The notes under the pieces are model-generated. The model searched no databases and had not been told where the DNA came from. It saw only the letters and a program-made list of their open reading frames with translations. The position numbers and the translations under genes are program-made. From Acidimicrobiia bacterium (GTDB lineage Bacteria; Actinomycetota; Acidimicrobiia; IMCC26256; JAENVU01), in contig JANPMG010000041.1 of NCBI GenBank assembly GCA_031422675.1, positions 7,166-71,165 on the forward strand: DNA of 64,000 bases, written 5' to 3'. Positions 25,855-35,760 of the stretch are shown piece by piece (within the stretch, counting starts at the first letter, position 1; each line of letters begins with the position of its first letter).

Positions 25855-27243
25855 ATGACGCGCACCCGCCATGCCCGGCGGAGCTGGTTCCTCGTTCTTC
25901 TTCCAGCCCTCCTGGCCCTCTCGCCGTTCTGGGCCCGCCCCGCCGCCGCGGCCCCCCCGGCGACCCAAGTGCCGGCCTCGTACATCCTCGTGGATGCCGA
26001 TACCGGTGCCGTCCTCCTGGCCCGGGCCGAACACGATCGCCACCTCACCGCGTCGACGATCAAGGTCCTCACCGCGCTCGTCACCCTCGAACACCGATCG
26101 CTCGACTCGACGCTGCGCGTGAGCGCGCTCGCCGCCGGCCGACCCGCATCGAAGGTCGACATGAAGGAGGGCAGCGACTGGACCGTCGACCAGGCGCTGC
26201 ATTCCCTGATGATCGTCTCCGCGAACGACGCGGCCTACGCCATGGCCGAGAACGTCGGTGGTGACCTCGCCGGCTTTGCCACGCTGGCCACCGCGACCGG
26301 GAAGCGGCTCGGGCTCCAGGACACCGAGTTCGGTGATCCCGCGGGCCTCGACGGTGCCGAAGGTTTCAACGGCGGAACGAAATCGAGCGCGTACGACCTG
26401 GCGATCACCGCGCGCAACGCGCTCAGTGTCCCGGCAATCGCCGACGCGGCGCGCCAGGTGACCTACGAGTTCACCGATCCGTCGGGTGCTGGTCGGCGGC
26501 TGGTGAATCACAATCGCGGTTTCCTCAACTCCTACCCCGGCGCGATCGGACTCAAGACCGGCTTCACCAAACAGGCCGGGCGAACCTTGATCACCGCAGC
26601 CAATCGCAACGGGCGAACCTTGATCGCGGTCGTCATCGGCACCTGGGACGACACCGGCTGGGCCGGACACCTGCTCGATCAAGGTTTCGCCGGTGCCGGC
26701 TCGCCCGCAGGGTCGGCGCCCGCAGGGTCGGCCCCCGCGATGCTCCCGCCGGTGCGCGCCGCCACCCTCGACAGCCGTACCGGCGCGTTCGCCGCCCTTC
26801 CCCGCGTCCTCGGCACCGGGGTCGCCGCGGCGGTGGCCGTCGCGCCTGCGTCGGCGTCGGTCGTCACCGCCGCAACGGCGGACCGCAACCCACCCGTCGC
26901 GGCGACGGACGGCGGCGTCAGCGTCGGTTCGGTCCTCGCTCCGATCGGCTGGACGCTGCTCGTCCTCCTCGGCATCGGCGTCGTGCTGCGCCGCCGGGCC
27001 GTCAAGCGTCAACGGGCCCGACGGCTCGAACGAATGCGGGCGCACCGGGAGGCGCGTCGGCGCGGCATGATCGACATCATCGAGGCCGACGACGCAGACG
27101 CGGACATCCGGGTGGTGCCGGTTCGCACCACCCACCACGTTGCGGCCGCCGGCAAGCGCCACCCCGCCGACCGCCGAGTCGTCCGGCCCTCACGTCCGCA
27201 CCGGCCGCCGCCGGTTCGTCGAGATCGGAATGCCGAGCCATGA
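25855..27243 (+). CDS. D-alanyl-D-alanine carboxypeptidase (S11 penicillin-binding protein)
   Basis: Signal peptide, then SxxK (ASTIK), SxN (SAND) and KTG (KTGFT) motifs. A C-terminal TM helix is followed by an Arg-rich tail. Confidence 0.9.
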   Translation: MTRTRHARRSWFLVLLPALLALSPFWARPAAAAPPATQVPASYILVDADTGAVLLARAEHDRHLTASTIKVLTALVTLEHRSLDSTLRVSALAAGRPASKVDMKEGSDWTVDQALHSLMIVSANDAAYAMAENVGGDLAGFATLATATGKRLGLQDTEFGDPAGLDGAEGFNGGTKSSAYDLAITARNALSVPAIADAARQVTYEFTDPSGAGRRLVNHNRGFLNSYPGAIGLKTGFTKQAGRTLITAANRNGRTLIAVVIGTWDDTGWAGHLLDQGFAGAGSPAGSAPAGSAPAMLPPVRAATLDSRTGAFAALPRVLGTGVAAAVAVAPASASVVTAATADRNPPVAATDGGVSVGSVLAPIGWTLLVLLGIGVVLRRRAVKRQRARRLERMRAHREARRRGMIDIIEADDADADIRVVPVRTTHHVAAAGKRHPADRRVVRPSRPHRPPPVRRDRNAEP

Positions 27244-28076
27244 GCACCGGACCAGTGAACACCGGGCCCATGAACAGCGGGCCCGAGGTGCTCTACGACG
27301 TGGACGGTCACATCGCCACGATCACCCTCAACCGTCCGCACCGCCGGAACGCGATCTCGGTCCGCATGCTCGTCGAGCTCGGTGACGCCTTCGAACGGGT
27401 GGAGCGCGACCGGGGGATCCGGGTCGCGATCCTCACCGGTGCGGGTGCCGGCTTCTGTTCCGGTCTCGACATCAAGGACGCCATGGCGGGCACCGGCATC
27501 GGTGGTGGTGGTGAAATCGGCTCGGGGGACGCGAGCCTCAGCCGCACCAGTGACCTCCCGACGGTCACCCTCCAAGAGATGGACAAGCCGGTCATCGCGG
27601 CCCTGAACGGTGCCGCCGCGGGCTACGGGTTCGACCTGGCCCTCGGATGCGATCTGCGACTCGCGGCGGCGTCCGCTCGCATCGTTCCCGGCTTCGCCAA
27701 GCGAGCCATCGTGCCCGAGAGCGGCGGCACCTGGTATCTCCCGCGGCTCGTCGGCTGGGCGAAGGCCGCGGAGATCGCCTACCTCGGTCGGGATCTGACC
27801 GCCGAGCAGGCCAAGGAGTACGGAATCGTCAACGAGGTCGTGGCGGACGCCGATCTCATGGACGTCACGCGCGACTGGGCCGGCGAGGTCGCGGCCAACG
27901 CACCGCTCGCCATCCAGGCGATGAAGAAGCTGTTCCGTGCCGGTCAGACCGAGGACTTCCGCAGCCACTCGGAGCATGTCCTGCTGCAGCTCGGCGCGCT
28001 CATGCGGACCCAGGACTTCCAAGAAGGACTGCTGAGCTTCATGGAGCGACGCGCACCCGAGTTCGACGGCCGCTGA
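27240..28076 (+). CDS. enoyl-CoA hydratase/isomerase family protein
   Basis: Crotonase fold motifs: ITLNRPHRRNA, TGAGAGFCSGLD and AALNGAAAGYGFDLAL. Confidence 0.9.
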   Translation: MSTGPVNTGPMNSGPEVLYDVDGHIATITLNRPHRRNAISVRMLVELGDAFERVERDRGIRVAILTGAGAGFCSGLDIKDAMAGTGIGGGGEIGSGDASLSRTSDLPTVTLQEMDKPVIAALNGAAAGYGFDLALGCDLRLAAASARIVPGFAKRAIVPESGGTWYLPRLVGWAKAAEIAYLGRDLTAEQAKEYGIVNEVVADADLMDVTRDWAGEVAANAPLAIQAMKKLFRAGQTEDFRSHSEHVLLQLGALMRTQDFQEGLLSFMERRAPEFDGR

Positions 28077-28138
28077 CCCACGGCGCGCCTGCCAGAGATC
28101 AGGGGCCCGAAATCAGGGGCCGGAAATCGGAGCAGGCT

Positions 28139-29311
28139 TCAGGCGACGGCTTCGTCGGCGCTCGGGTCCCAGTTCCGGAGATTCGCGAGACGCGGGTCGT
28201 TGGAGAACACCTCGACGATCGGACCGTCGAGCTGGAGCCGACGCTGGATGACCCGCACGTCGTTCTCCTCGTTCCAGAGCGAGAGCATCACCGCGACCCC
28301 CACCTCACCGGCGCGGGCCGTCCGCCCGGAACGGTGCACGTACGCCTTGTGATCCTCGGGTGGGTCGTAGTGGATGACCACATCCACGCCGTCGACGTGG
28401 ATACCGCGTGCGGCGACGTCGGTGGCGACGAGGACCGGAAGTGATCCCTCGGAGAAATCGGCGAGCGCGCGTTCACGCGCCGCCTGGCGCAGATCGCCGT
28501 GGATCGCGCCCGCCTTGATGCGCTCTCGCATGAGCTGTTCGACAACTTTGTCCGCGCCCCGTTTGGTGCGACAGAACACCAGGGTGCGATCGACCCCACG
28601 CGAGATCGCCGCAGTGACCTTGACCTTGTCCATCTGATGCACGAGGAGGAAGTGGTGGTGCATCTCTTCGACGGATTCGTCGCTGCCTTCGACTTCGTGA
28701 GAGAGCGGGCTGTTGAGGTAACGATCGACGAGCCGGTCGATCCCGCGGTCCAGGGTCGCCGAGAACAACATGGTCTGGTGCGGCGCCTCGACCCGATGCA
28801 GGATCTTCTGCACCTGCGGGAGGAAACCCATGTCGGCCATGCGATCGGCCTCGTCGAGGACAAGCACCTTGACATTCGAGAAATAGAGCTCGCCCCGCTC
28901 CATGAGATCGATGAGCCGGCCGGGCGTACCGATCAGCACGTCGACACCCTTCGCCAACGCGTCGATCTGGGGGTCCATGTTCATGCCGCCGTAAAAGGCG
29001 TGGACGGTCAGGCCGAGCGTCTTTCCGAGCGGGGCCAGGACCTCGCGTACCTGGTTTGCGAGCTCACGGGTGGGGACGAGGACCAGTCCGTGTGGGCGTT
29101 TCGGCGCGGCCCGGTCCACGAGATCGAGCAGCGGAAGCCCGAACGCGAGGGTCTTCCCGGAACCGGTCTTGGCCTTGCCGAGGACATCGTGGCCGGCGAG
29201 CGCGTCGGCGATGGTCAGTGCTTGAATCGGGAAGGGCTGGTGGATGCCCTGGGCCGCAAGGGCCTCGGCGAGGGGGGCCGAGACGCCGAGATCGGCGAAC
29301 GTCGCAGTCAT
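28139..29311 (-). CDS. DEAD-box ATP-dependent RNA helicase
   Basis: Q motif (FPIQ), AKTGSGKT, DEAD, SAT and HRSGRTARAG motifs. ATG at 29311 (MTATFADLGV). Confidence 0.95.
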   Translation of the reverse strand: MTATFADLGVSAPLAEALAAQGIHQPFPIQALTIADALAGHDVLGKAKTGSGKTLAFGLPLLDLVDRAAPKRPHGLVLVPTRELANQVREVLAPLGKTLGLTVHAFYGGMNMDPQIDALAKGVDVLIGTPGRLIDLMERGELYFSNVKVLVLDEADRMADMGFLPQVQKILHRVEAPHQTMLFSATLDRGIDRLVDRYLNSPLSHEVEGSDESVEEMHHHFLLVHQMDKVKVTAAISRGVDRTLVFCRTKRGADKVVEQLMRERIKAGAIHGDLRQAARERALADFSEGSLPVLVATDVAARGIHVDGVDVVIHYDPPEDHKAYVHRSGRTARAGEVGVAVMLSLWNEENDVRVIQRRLQLDGPIVEVFSNDPRLANLRNWDPSADEAVA

Positions 29312-29424
29312 GAGTGGCTTTCGAATCGGGGTCCCCACTCTATGCGGTGCCCCCGGACCGGCGGGAATGTCGGTTGGTTCACGGGGTTGGGACGGCGAGT
29401 CGGCCGGACTCGCGACCGGCGGGC

Positions 29425-29916
29425 TCAGGCGTAGACGGTGCGCGTCACCCATTCGGCGACGAGACCCGGCTTCTCCTCACCTTCGATCTCGACGGTGAAG
29501 TTGCGGGTCACCTCGATCATGTTGGCTTTGAGTTCCACGTTCGCCGTGATCGCCCGGGCGCGGATCCTCGCGCCGACCTTGACCGGGCTCACGAACCGAA
29601 CCTTGTTGAAGCCGTAGTTGATCCCCATGAGGATCCCCTCGTACTTCGCGGGGTCCGGTGCGGCGCCGCTCGCGCCGGCGGCGAGGTGCGTGAGCATCGA
29701 GAGCGTCAGGAACCCGTGGGCGATGGTGCCGCCGAACGGCGTGGCCGCGGCGCGCTCGGGATCCACGTGGATGAACTGGTGGTCGTGGGTGACGTCGGCG
29801 AACTGGTTCACCTGCTCCTGGGTGACCTCGAACCATTCGCCGGTGCCTTCGTCGGTGCCGACATCGGCCTGGAACAACGGGAATGCCTTTTCGGCGGCTG
29901 CGCTCATGGCCAGCAC
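29425..29916 (-). CDS. MaoC-like (R)-specific enoyl-CoA hydratase / hotdog dehydratase
   Basis: FADVTHDHQFIHVDPERAA...GGTIAHGFLTLS hydratase-2 motif. The start is GTG 29916 or ATG 29907. Confidence 0.85.
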   Translation of the reverse strand: MLAMSAAAEKAFPLFQADVGTDEGTGEWFEVTQEQVNQFADVTHDHQFIHVDPERAAATPFGGTIAHGFLTLSMLTHLAAGASGAAPDPAKYEGILMGINYGFNKVRFVSPVKVGARIRARAITANVELKANMIEVTRNFTVEIEGEEKPGLVAEWVTRTVYA

Positions 29917-29998
29917 TCTAGGAGGGGCGCGGATCTGCGGTTGAGGGCGCTCTCAGTTCCGGCGCCGCGCGGCGCCGACGCCGTGGCAGCATCACCGG

Positions 29999-30718
29999 GT
30001 GCGAATCCTCGTGGTGGAAGACGAAGCCAACATCGCCGAAGCTCTGGCCACCGGCCTCCGGGCCGAGGGGTTCGACGTCGATGTGGTGGGCGACGGGAAC
30101 GACGGCGTGTGGCGCGCCCGGGAGCGGGAGTACGCCGCGATCATCCTCGACATCCTGCTGCCGGGCATGAACGGGTTCAAGGTGTGTCGCACGCTGCGCG
30201 CCGAAGGGGTCTGGACGCCGATCCTGATGCTCACGGCCAAGGACGGTGAGCTCGACGAAGCGGAAGCGCTCGACACCGGGGCCGACGACTTTCTGAGCAA
30301 ACCGTTCTCGTTCGTCGTGCTCGTCGCTCGTCTCCGTGCGCTGGTGCGGCGCGGAGTCACGCCGCGACCCGCGGTCCTCACCGTCGGCACGCTCAGCCTC
30401 GACCCGGCCTCGCGGGAATGCCATCGCGGCGACACCGCCATCGAGCTCACGGCGCGCGAGTACACGTTGCTGGAACTGTTGATGCGACGCTCCGACGCCA
30501 TCGCGCCCAAGACCGTGCTCCTCGACGAGGTCTGGGGTCCGGACTTCTCCGGCGACCCGAACATCGTCGAGGTGTACATCGGATATCTGCGCAAGAAGAT
30601 CGATGCACCGTTCGGTTTGCAGACCATCCTGACGGTGCGGGGCGCGGGCTACCGATTGATCGCCGATGTTGTGCCCGAGCCCGGCGCACCCGAAGCGGCC
30701 GATGCTTCGCCGCAGTAG
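29999..30718 (+). CDS. OmpR/PhoB-family response regulator
   Basis: MRILVVEDE...ILDILLPGMNG...TAKD receiver domain plus a winged-helix C-terminus (LTAREYTLLELL...VRGAGYRL). Confidence 0.95.
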   Translation: MRILVVEDEANIAEALATGLRAEGFDVDVVGDGNDGVWRAREREYAAIILDILLPGMNGFKVCRTLRAEGVWTPILMLTAKDGELDEAEALDTGADDFLSKPFSFVVLVARLRALVRRGVTPRPAVLTVGTLSLDPASRECHRGDTAIELTAREYTLLELLMRRSDAIAPKTVLLDEVWGPDFSGDPNIVEVYIGYLRKKIDAPFGLQTILTVRGAGYRLIADVVPEPGAPEAADASPQ

Positions 30719-32105
30719 CAGCACCTCCTGGGGCACCGTCCGGCTGCGGGTGACGCTCGCCGCGACGTTTGTCGTCACGATCGCGATGCTGCTGTCCTCG
30801 TGGTTCGTGGTGCGGGCGGTTCGGACCTCCTTGCGGGAGGACTTGCGCACCGAGAGCGGACTCGCGCTCCGCGATGCCCTCGAGCGATTCGAACGGCGAC
30901 AGCCGGGCGAGTCACTTCCGGTGGCGAGCCCCGCGGGATTCGTGATCGTCGTGGTCGATGCCGCCGGCCGCGTGCGTGACGGCTCGCCCGGATTCGAATC
31001 CGGCAGCTGGTCCGACTTCGTCGGCCGGACGGCCGGGTACGACCAAGTGGTGGGGCGTGACGGCCGCCCGTTCCCGGAAGCCATCGCCGGTGAACATCAC
31101 GTCTGGTTCGTCGGTGACCGCATCTTCAACTTCATCCCGGTTGCGATCAACCAGACGACGCCCGGCTACCTCGTGGCGGCCGGCACCATCGGTGCGATCT
31201 CGAGTTCGGTCCACACCCTGACCGTCACCCTCTGGTTCACGGTGCCTGCGCTCATCGTGTTCATCGGCATCGTCGCGTGGACGGTCACCGGCCGTGCGTT
31301 ACGACCGGTCGAGGTGATCCGCGGCGAGGTGACTGCGATCACGCAAGAGAGCCTCGACCAGCGGGTGTCCGAACCGCGTGCGCGCGACGAGGTGGGTCGG
31401 CTGGCGCGCACCATGAACGAAATGCTCGACCGGCTCGAAGCCGCCTCGGAACGTGAACGACAGTTCGTCTCCGACGCGTCCCACGAGTTGCGCTCACCGG
31501 TCGCCGCGATCCGGGCCACCGGTGAGGTGGCGTTGGCCCATCCCGAGCACGCGGACTGGCCCACCGTCGTCCAGCGGATGTTGCACGACGACGAGCGCAT
31601 GGAACAGATCGTGCACGACCTCCTCGACCTCGCCCGCGAGGAGGGCGCCGAGTTGCCGGCGACTGCGATCGACTTGGACGACATCGTCCTCGAGGAAACC
31701 GACCGGGCTCGCCGGCTCGGCCACATCGTGTCGAGTGATCGGGTGTCGGCGGGGCGGGTCCGCGGGAACAAGGAGCAACTGACCCGGTTGGTCCGCAACC
31801 TGATCGACAACGCCACCCGCCATGCCGCCCAGTCGGTGCGGGTCTCACTCACGTCCGGCCCCGGCGTCACCCTCGTCGTCGAGGACGACGGTCCGGGGAT
31901 ACCTGCCGAGCATCGCGAGGCGGTGTTCGAGCGCTTCACTCGCCTCGACGAGGGCCGCGCGCGCGATGCGGGCGGCCTCGGCCTCGGACTGGCGATGGTG
32001 CAGTCCATCGCACTGCACCACGGTGGGACGGTCACGATCACCGACCCGTCCGATCCGGCCTACCCCGGCGCCCGCTTGGTCGTGGACTTCCCCTGCGTGG
32101 AGTAA
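30702..32105 (+). CDS. sensor histidine kinase (HAMP-HisKA-HATPase)
   Basis: TM helix, periplasmic segment, second TM helix, then the H-box FVSDASHELRSPV with N and G boxes (NLIDNATRHA, DDGPGIP, GGLGLGLAMV). An alternative ATG is at 30666. Confidence 0.9.
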   Translation: MLRRSSSTSWGTVRLRVTLAATFVVTIAMLLSSWFVVRAVRTSLREDLRTESGLALRDALERFERRQPGESLPVASPAGFVIVVVDAAGRVRDGSPGFESGSWSDFVGRTAGYDQVVGRDGRPFPEAIAGEHHVWFVGDRIFNFIPVAINQTTPGYLVAAGTIGAISSSVHTLTVTLWFTVPALIVFIGIVAWTVTGRALRPVEVIRGEVTAITQESLDQRVSEPRARDEVGRLARTMNEMLDRLEAASERERQFVSDASHELRSPVAAIRATGEVALAHPEHADWPTVVQRMLHDDERMEQIVHDLLDLAREEGAELPATAIDLDDIVLEETDRARRLGHIVSSDRVSAGRVRGNKEQLTRLVRNLIDNATRHAAQSVRVSLTSGPGVTLVVEDDGPGIPAEHREAVFERFTRLDEGRARDAGGLGLGLAMVQSIALHHGGTVTITDPSDPAYPGARLVVDFPCVE

Positions 32106-32129
32106 TCCGTTCCCCCCGAGCCCGGTGAC

Positions 32130-32927
32130 CTACCAGGGCATCGCGGTGCCGCCGTTGGGGCGCAGGATCTGGCCGGTCATGAACGACGCTCGCTCGGAGA
32201 CGAGGAAGAGAATCGAATCAGCCACGTCCTGGGCCGAGCCGACCCGCTTCAGCGGCGCCATGGCGCCGAACCGCTTGCGGTACTTCTCGAGCCGCTCGGG
32301 GTCCACGTTGCCGTCGTCGTCGACGAAGTTGTGACGCGAGAAGTTGGTCTCGATGACCCCGGGCGCGAGCGCGTTCACCCGGATCCCGAGCGGTCCGGCC
32401 TCCCACGCGAGGGTCTTGGTGAGCATGGCCACCGCGGCCTTGGTCATTCCGTAACACGCCAGCGTGGGCGCCGGAGTGTCGATCGCGCCCGAGGACACGT
32501 TGACGATGTTCCCCGAGCCCTGCTCCCCCATGACGCGCAGCGCCGCCTGACACCCGTAGAACACACTCTTGAGATTGATCGCGAGAATGCGTTCGAACTC
32601 GTCGTCGGAGCACTCGGCGATCATGCGGTTGTGCGGCACGCCGGCGATGTTGCCGACGATGTCGACCCGCCCGAACTCGGACTTCGCGCCGTCGACCAGC
32701 AGGTCGACGTCGGCGCGCTCGGTCACGTCGGTGCGCACACCGCGCGCGGTGCCACCAGCAGCCGAGATCTCGTCGGCGGTTGCGGTCACTGCGTCCACAT
32801 CGATGTCACCACCGACGACCGTGGCGCCGGCCTCGGCCAGGGTCAACGCGGTTGCTTTCCCGATACCGCTGCCGGCGCCGGTGAGCACCGCGACCTGACC
32901 GGTGAGATCGAAACCGCTGACCGACAT
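32130..32927 (-). CDS. SDR family oxidoreductase
   Basis: TGAGSGIGKA cofactor motif and the YxxxK catalytic motif (YGMTKAAV). Confidence 0.9.
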   Translation of the reverse strand: MSVSGFDLTGQVAVLTGAGSGIGKATALTLAEAGATVVGGDIDVDAVTATADEISAAGGTARGVRTDVTERADVDLLVDGAKSEFGRVDIVGNIAGVPHNRMIAECSDDEFERILAINLKSVFYGCQAALRVMGEQGSGNIVNVSSGAIDTPAPTLACYGMTKAAVAMLTKTLAWEAGPLGIRVNALAPGVIETNFSRHNFVDDDGNVDPERLEKYRKRFGAMAPLKRVGSAQDVADSILFLVSERASFMTGQILRPNGGTAMPW

Positions 32928-32980
32928 CTGCTGAACCTCCGAATCGACGACGCCGGAGACTAGAGGGACCCGGCATTCCG

Positions 32981-33148
32981 GCGCTGCATCCGCAGCGCGG
33001 CGAGCCTCCTACGTCACCGGATCACTCCTCCGTCGCTCCCGGGCTACTTCGGAGACCGCCATCACTTCTGCGCTGCATCCGCAGCGCCGCGAGTCCCCTC
33101 CGTCCCCGCATCACTCCTCCGTCGCTCCCGAGCTACTCCGGAGACCGC
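32981..33148 (+). repeat. About 89-bp tandem repeat, roughly 1.9 copies (period 32981 to 33070). Each unit begins with the hairpin GCGCTGC-ATCC-GCAGCGC
   Basis: Units were aligned by eye: GCGCTGCATCCGCAGCGC..CCTCCTACG/CCTCCG..ATCACTCCTCCGTCGCTCCCG(G/A)GCTACT(T/C)CGGAGACCGC. The region is intergenic between the SDR start and the EEP start. Confidence 0.85.
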
Positions 33149-33186
33149 AGTCGCGGGCAAAGCCCGCCTCTAATCTGCGATTTCCC

Positions 33187-33912
33187 ATGGCCGAGATCTC
33201 CGTTGCGTGTTTCAACCTGCACTGGGGCGTCGACATGCGAGGTCATCCCTTCGATGCCATGGCCGCGTGTCTCGCGCTCGACGCCGATGTCCTGGTGCTC
33301 CCGGAATCGTGGCGGCCGTCCGGCCGCACCGCGTTCGTCGACGAGCTCGCGCAACGCACGGGCGCGACCCTCCACGACATCGGCTATATGTCGGACCGCA
33401 ACCACGCCCGGCCACGCCACCTGCGGGTCCCCGAGCAGCCCGGCACGTGCGGCCTCGCCGTGCTCTCGCGGTTACCGGTCCGGAGCTTCACGGACGTCCC
33501 GCTCCCCCGAACCGCCACCGACGTCGTCGCGCAGCGTTCGGCCATCATCGTGGAGGTGGAGTGCGGCGACACGGGCGACACCGGCACCACGACGGTCGCC
33601 GTCGGCGGGATCCACGCGTCCCACCGACTCTGGGGTTGCCTCCCGCAGCTCGGCGCGCTCGATCGGGCGTTGACCGCGCTCGACGTACCGTCGGTGATCG
33701 TCGGCGACTGCAACATGTGGGGCCCGCCGATCGGTGCGCTGCTTCGTCACCGGCGGCGGGCGGTCCGCGGGCGGACCTGGCCCTCGTGGCGACCCCACAG
33801 CCAAATCGATCACGTCTGGATCGACGACCGGCTCGAGGCGCTCGACGGTGAGGTCGGACCCCATACGGGCTCTGACCATCGCCCGATACGCGCGTCGTTG
33901 CGGGTGCGGTAA
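33187..33912 (+). CDS. endonuclease/exonuclease/phosphatase (EEP) family protein
   Basis: VACFNLHWG...VLVLPESW...GDCNMWG...[11 protein letters not shown] are EEP catalytic motifs. Confidence 0.85.
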   Translation: MAEISVACFNLHWGVDMRGHPFDAMAACLALDADVLVLPESWRPSGRTAFVDELAQRTGATLHDIGYMSDRNHARPRHLRVPEQPGTCGLAVLSRLPVRSFTDVPLPRTATDVVAQRSAIIVEVECGDTGDTGTTTVAVGGIHASHRLWGCLPQLGALDRALTALDVPSVIVGDCNMWGPPIGALLRHRRRAVRGRTWPSWRPHSQIDHVWIDDRLEALDGEVGPHTGSDHRPIRASLRVR

Positions 33913-33943
33913 ACAACTCCGAACCCGTTCGAGAGGAATCGCG

Positions 33944-35029
33944 ATGGTGCAAGAAGTGCGTGGTGTGGTCGCCCGGTCCCCGGGTGCACCGGTGCAGATC
34001 GAAACGATCCTCGTTCCCGACCCGGGTCCCGGCGAGGCCCTGATCCGGGTCCAGGCGTGTGGGGTGTGTCACACCGACCTCCACTACCGAGAGGGTGCGA
34101 TCAACGACGAGTTCCCCTTTCTGCTTGGCCACGAGGCCGCCGGGATCGTGGAGGCCGTCGGCCCCGACGTGACCAACGTGGTCCCCGGCGATTTCGTGGT
34201 ACTCAACTGGCGCGCGGTGTGCGGCGAGTGTCGGTCGTGTCGGCGCGGGCGGCCCCAGTACTGCTTCTCCACGCACAACGCCACGCAGAAGATGACCCTC
34301 ACGGACGGCACCGTGCTCACCCCCGCGCTCGGCATCGGCGCCTTCGCGGAGAAGACGCTCGTCGCCGCAGGGCAAGCCACGAAGGTCGACGCGAGCGCAA
34401 ACCCCGCGGCGGTCGGCCTGCTCGGCTGCGGGGTGATGGCCGGTCTCGGCGCTGCACTCTTCACCGGTGAAGTGAGCCGCGGTGATTCGGTTGCGGTGTT
34501 CGGCTGCGGTGGTGTCGGTGACGCGGCGATCGTCGGCGCGCGCCTGGCCGGCGCCGCGAAGATCATCGCGGTGGACCTCGACGCCACGAAGTTGGAATGG
34601 GCCCGACGCTTCGGCGCGACGCACACGGTGGACGCCAGTCGTGAAGACGCGGTGGAAGCGGTCCGCGCCCACACCAATGGGAACGGCGCCGACGTGTGTA
34701 TCGAAGCCGTGGGAAACCCGGCGGTGATGCAACAAGCGTTCTTCGCCCGCGACCTCGCGGGAACCCTCGTCCAGGTGGGGGTGCCGGACCCGTCCATGAC
34801 CATCGAGCTCCCGATGATCGAGTTCTTCGGTCGCGGCGGCGCGCTGAAGCCCAGTTGGTACGGCGACTGCCTCCCAAGCCGTGACTTCCCGATGCTGGTG
34901 GACCTCTATCTCCAGGGCCGCCTGCCCCTCGATGACTTCGTGAGCGAGACCATCGCGCTCGACGCCGTCGAAGCTGCGTTCGAGAAGATGGAGCGGGGTG
35001 AAGTGCTCCGGTCAGTGGTGGTGATGTGA
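33944..35029 (+). CDS. mscR: S-(hydroxymethyl)mycothiol dehydrogenase / class III Zn alcohol dehydrogenase
   Basis: 361 aa. [22 protein letters not shown], the structural-Zn cluster [15 protein letters not shown] and GCGGVG are present. I infer a close match to the mycobacterial MscR/AdhE2 type. Confidence 0.85.
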   Translation: MVQEVRGVVARSPGAPVQIETILVPDPGPGEALIRVQACGVCHTDLHYREGAINDEFPFLLGHEAAGIVEAVGPDVTNVVPGDFVVLNWRAVCGECRSCRRGRPQYCFSTHNATQKMTLTDGTVLTPALGIGAFAEKTLVAAGQATKVDASANPAAVGLLGCGVMAGLGAALFTGEVSRGDSVAVFGCGGVGDAAIVGARLAGAAKIIAVDLDATKLEWARRFGATHTVDASREDAVEAVRAHTNGNGADVCIEAVGNPAVMQQAFFARDLAGTLVQVGVPDPSMTIELPMIEFFGRGGALKPSWYGDCLPSRDFPMLVDLYLQGRLPLDDFVSETIALDAVEAAFEKMERGEVLRSVVVM

Positions 35030-35650
35030 CCTGATCGGGTCCGCGCGCCCCGACCAGCTCGGGACCTGGTCCTCGTGATCTTCGAGCAACCTGGCCAAGC
35101 GAGCGAGACCCGATCGGATGCGTGACTTCGTCGTGCCTTCCGGAACGCCCAGCTCGACCGCCACCTCGCGATAGGTGAGCCCACCGAAGTGGGCCAGCAC
35201 GATGGGATCACGGTCGGCTGCCGGCAGGAGCAACAGCGCGTCGAGCACGGTCTCGCGTTCGGCGACACCATCGGCGACGCTCGGCTGAAATCGCGGTTCG
35301 TTCGTTGCGGCGAGTTCACGGCGTTCCACCGCCACCTCGTGGCGTAGCCAGTCCACCGATCGGTGATGCGCGGCCACGCTGAGCCAGGCGCCGATCGAGC
35401 CGCGGCTCGCATCGAACCCACCCGGGGCTCGCCAGACGGTGAGAAACACCTCTTGGGTGGTCTCATCCGCACCTTCACGCCGCTGCGTGACCCGAAACGC
35501 CTTGGCCCAGACCAAACCGGAGTAGCGGGAGTAGAGCTCGGCCATCGCCCGTTCGTCACGATCGACGATGCCATTGATCAACGCGAGGTCCGAGTCGTGA
35601 CCTCCGAACCCGCCCGACCGTCGCCGGGCTCCATGCTGTTGCAGAACCAA
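35012..35650 (-). CDS. ECF-type RNA polymerase sigma factor
   Basis: Region 2 ([15 protein letters not shown]...[13 protein letters not shown]-like) and region 4 ([28 protein letters not shown]). I place the start at TTG 35650. The open frame upstream runs through the pentanucleotide repeat. Confidence 0.8.
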   Translation of the reverse strand: MVLQQHGARRRSGGFGGHDSDLALINGIVDRDERAMAELYSRYSGLVWAKAFRVTQRREGADETTQEVFLTVWRAPGGFDASRGSIGAWLSVAAHHRSVDWLRHEVAVERRELAATNEPRFQPSVADGVAERETVLDALLLLPAADRDPIVLAHFGGLTYREVAVELGVPEGTTKSRIRSGLARLARLLEDHEDQVPSWSGRADPIRSHHHH

Positions 35651-35720
35651 GCGATTGTTCCCCTGTTCAGAACCCGTCGAAAAACCCGTTTCGGCCCAGA
35701 TCGAGCGCACGGGCACGCGC

Positions 35721-35760
35721 CACGCCACGCCACGCCACGCCACGCCACGCCACGCCACGC
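35721..35760. repeat. Pentanucleotide microsatellite (CACGC)x8, perfect
   Basis: Counted directly: 35721-35760 is eight exact CACGC units, preceded by the imperfect CACGCGC. It lies in the 299-bp divergent intergenic region. Confidence 0.95.

Noticed and set aside
25627-27162. Long antisense 'shadow' ORFs, including 25627..27162, 3540..4688, 33545..34735, 38714..40519, 42782..44167, 45373..46800, 46649..48601, 54443..55918 and 56757..58667
   Set aside because: Each lies opposite to, or out of frame with, a gene carrying clear family motifs. They translate to low-complexity R/G/P/A-rich sequence and lack recognisable domains. Such ORFs are expected in roughly 70% G+C DNA, where stop codons are rare.
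28077-28138. Short direct repeats (G)ATCAGGGGCCCG / AAATCAGGGGCCGG / AAATCGGAGCAGG between echA and the helicase
   Set aside because: These are only about 13-nt units in a convergent 3' spacer. They are most simply part of weak terminator hairpins (GGCCC...GGGCC), so I did not pursue them further.
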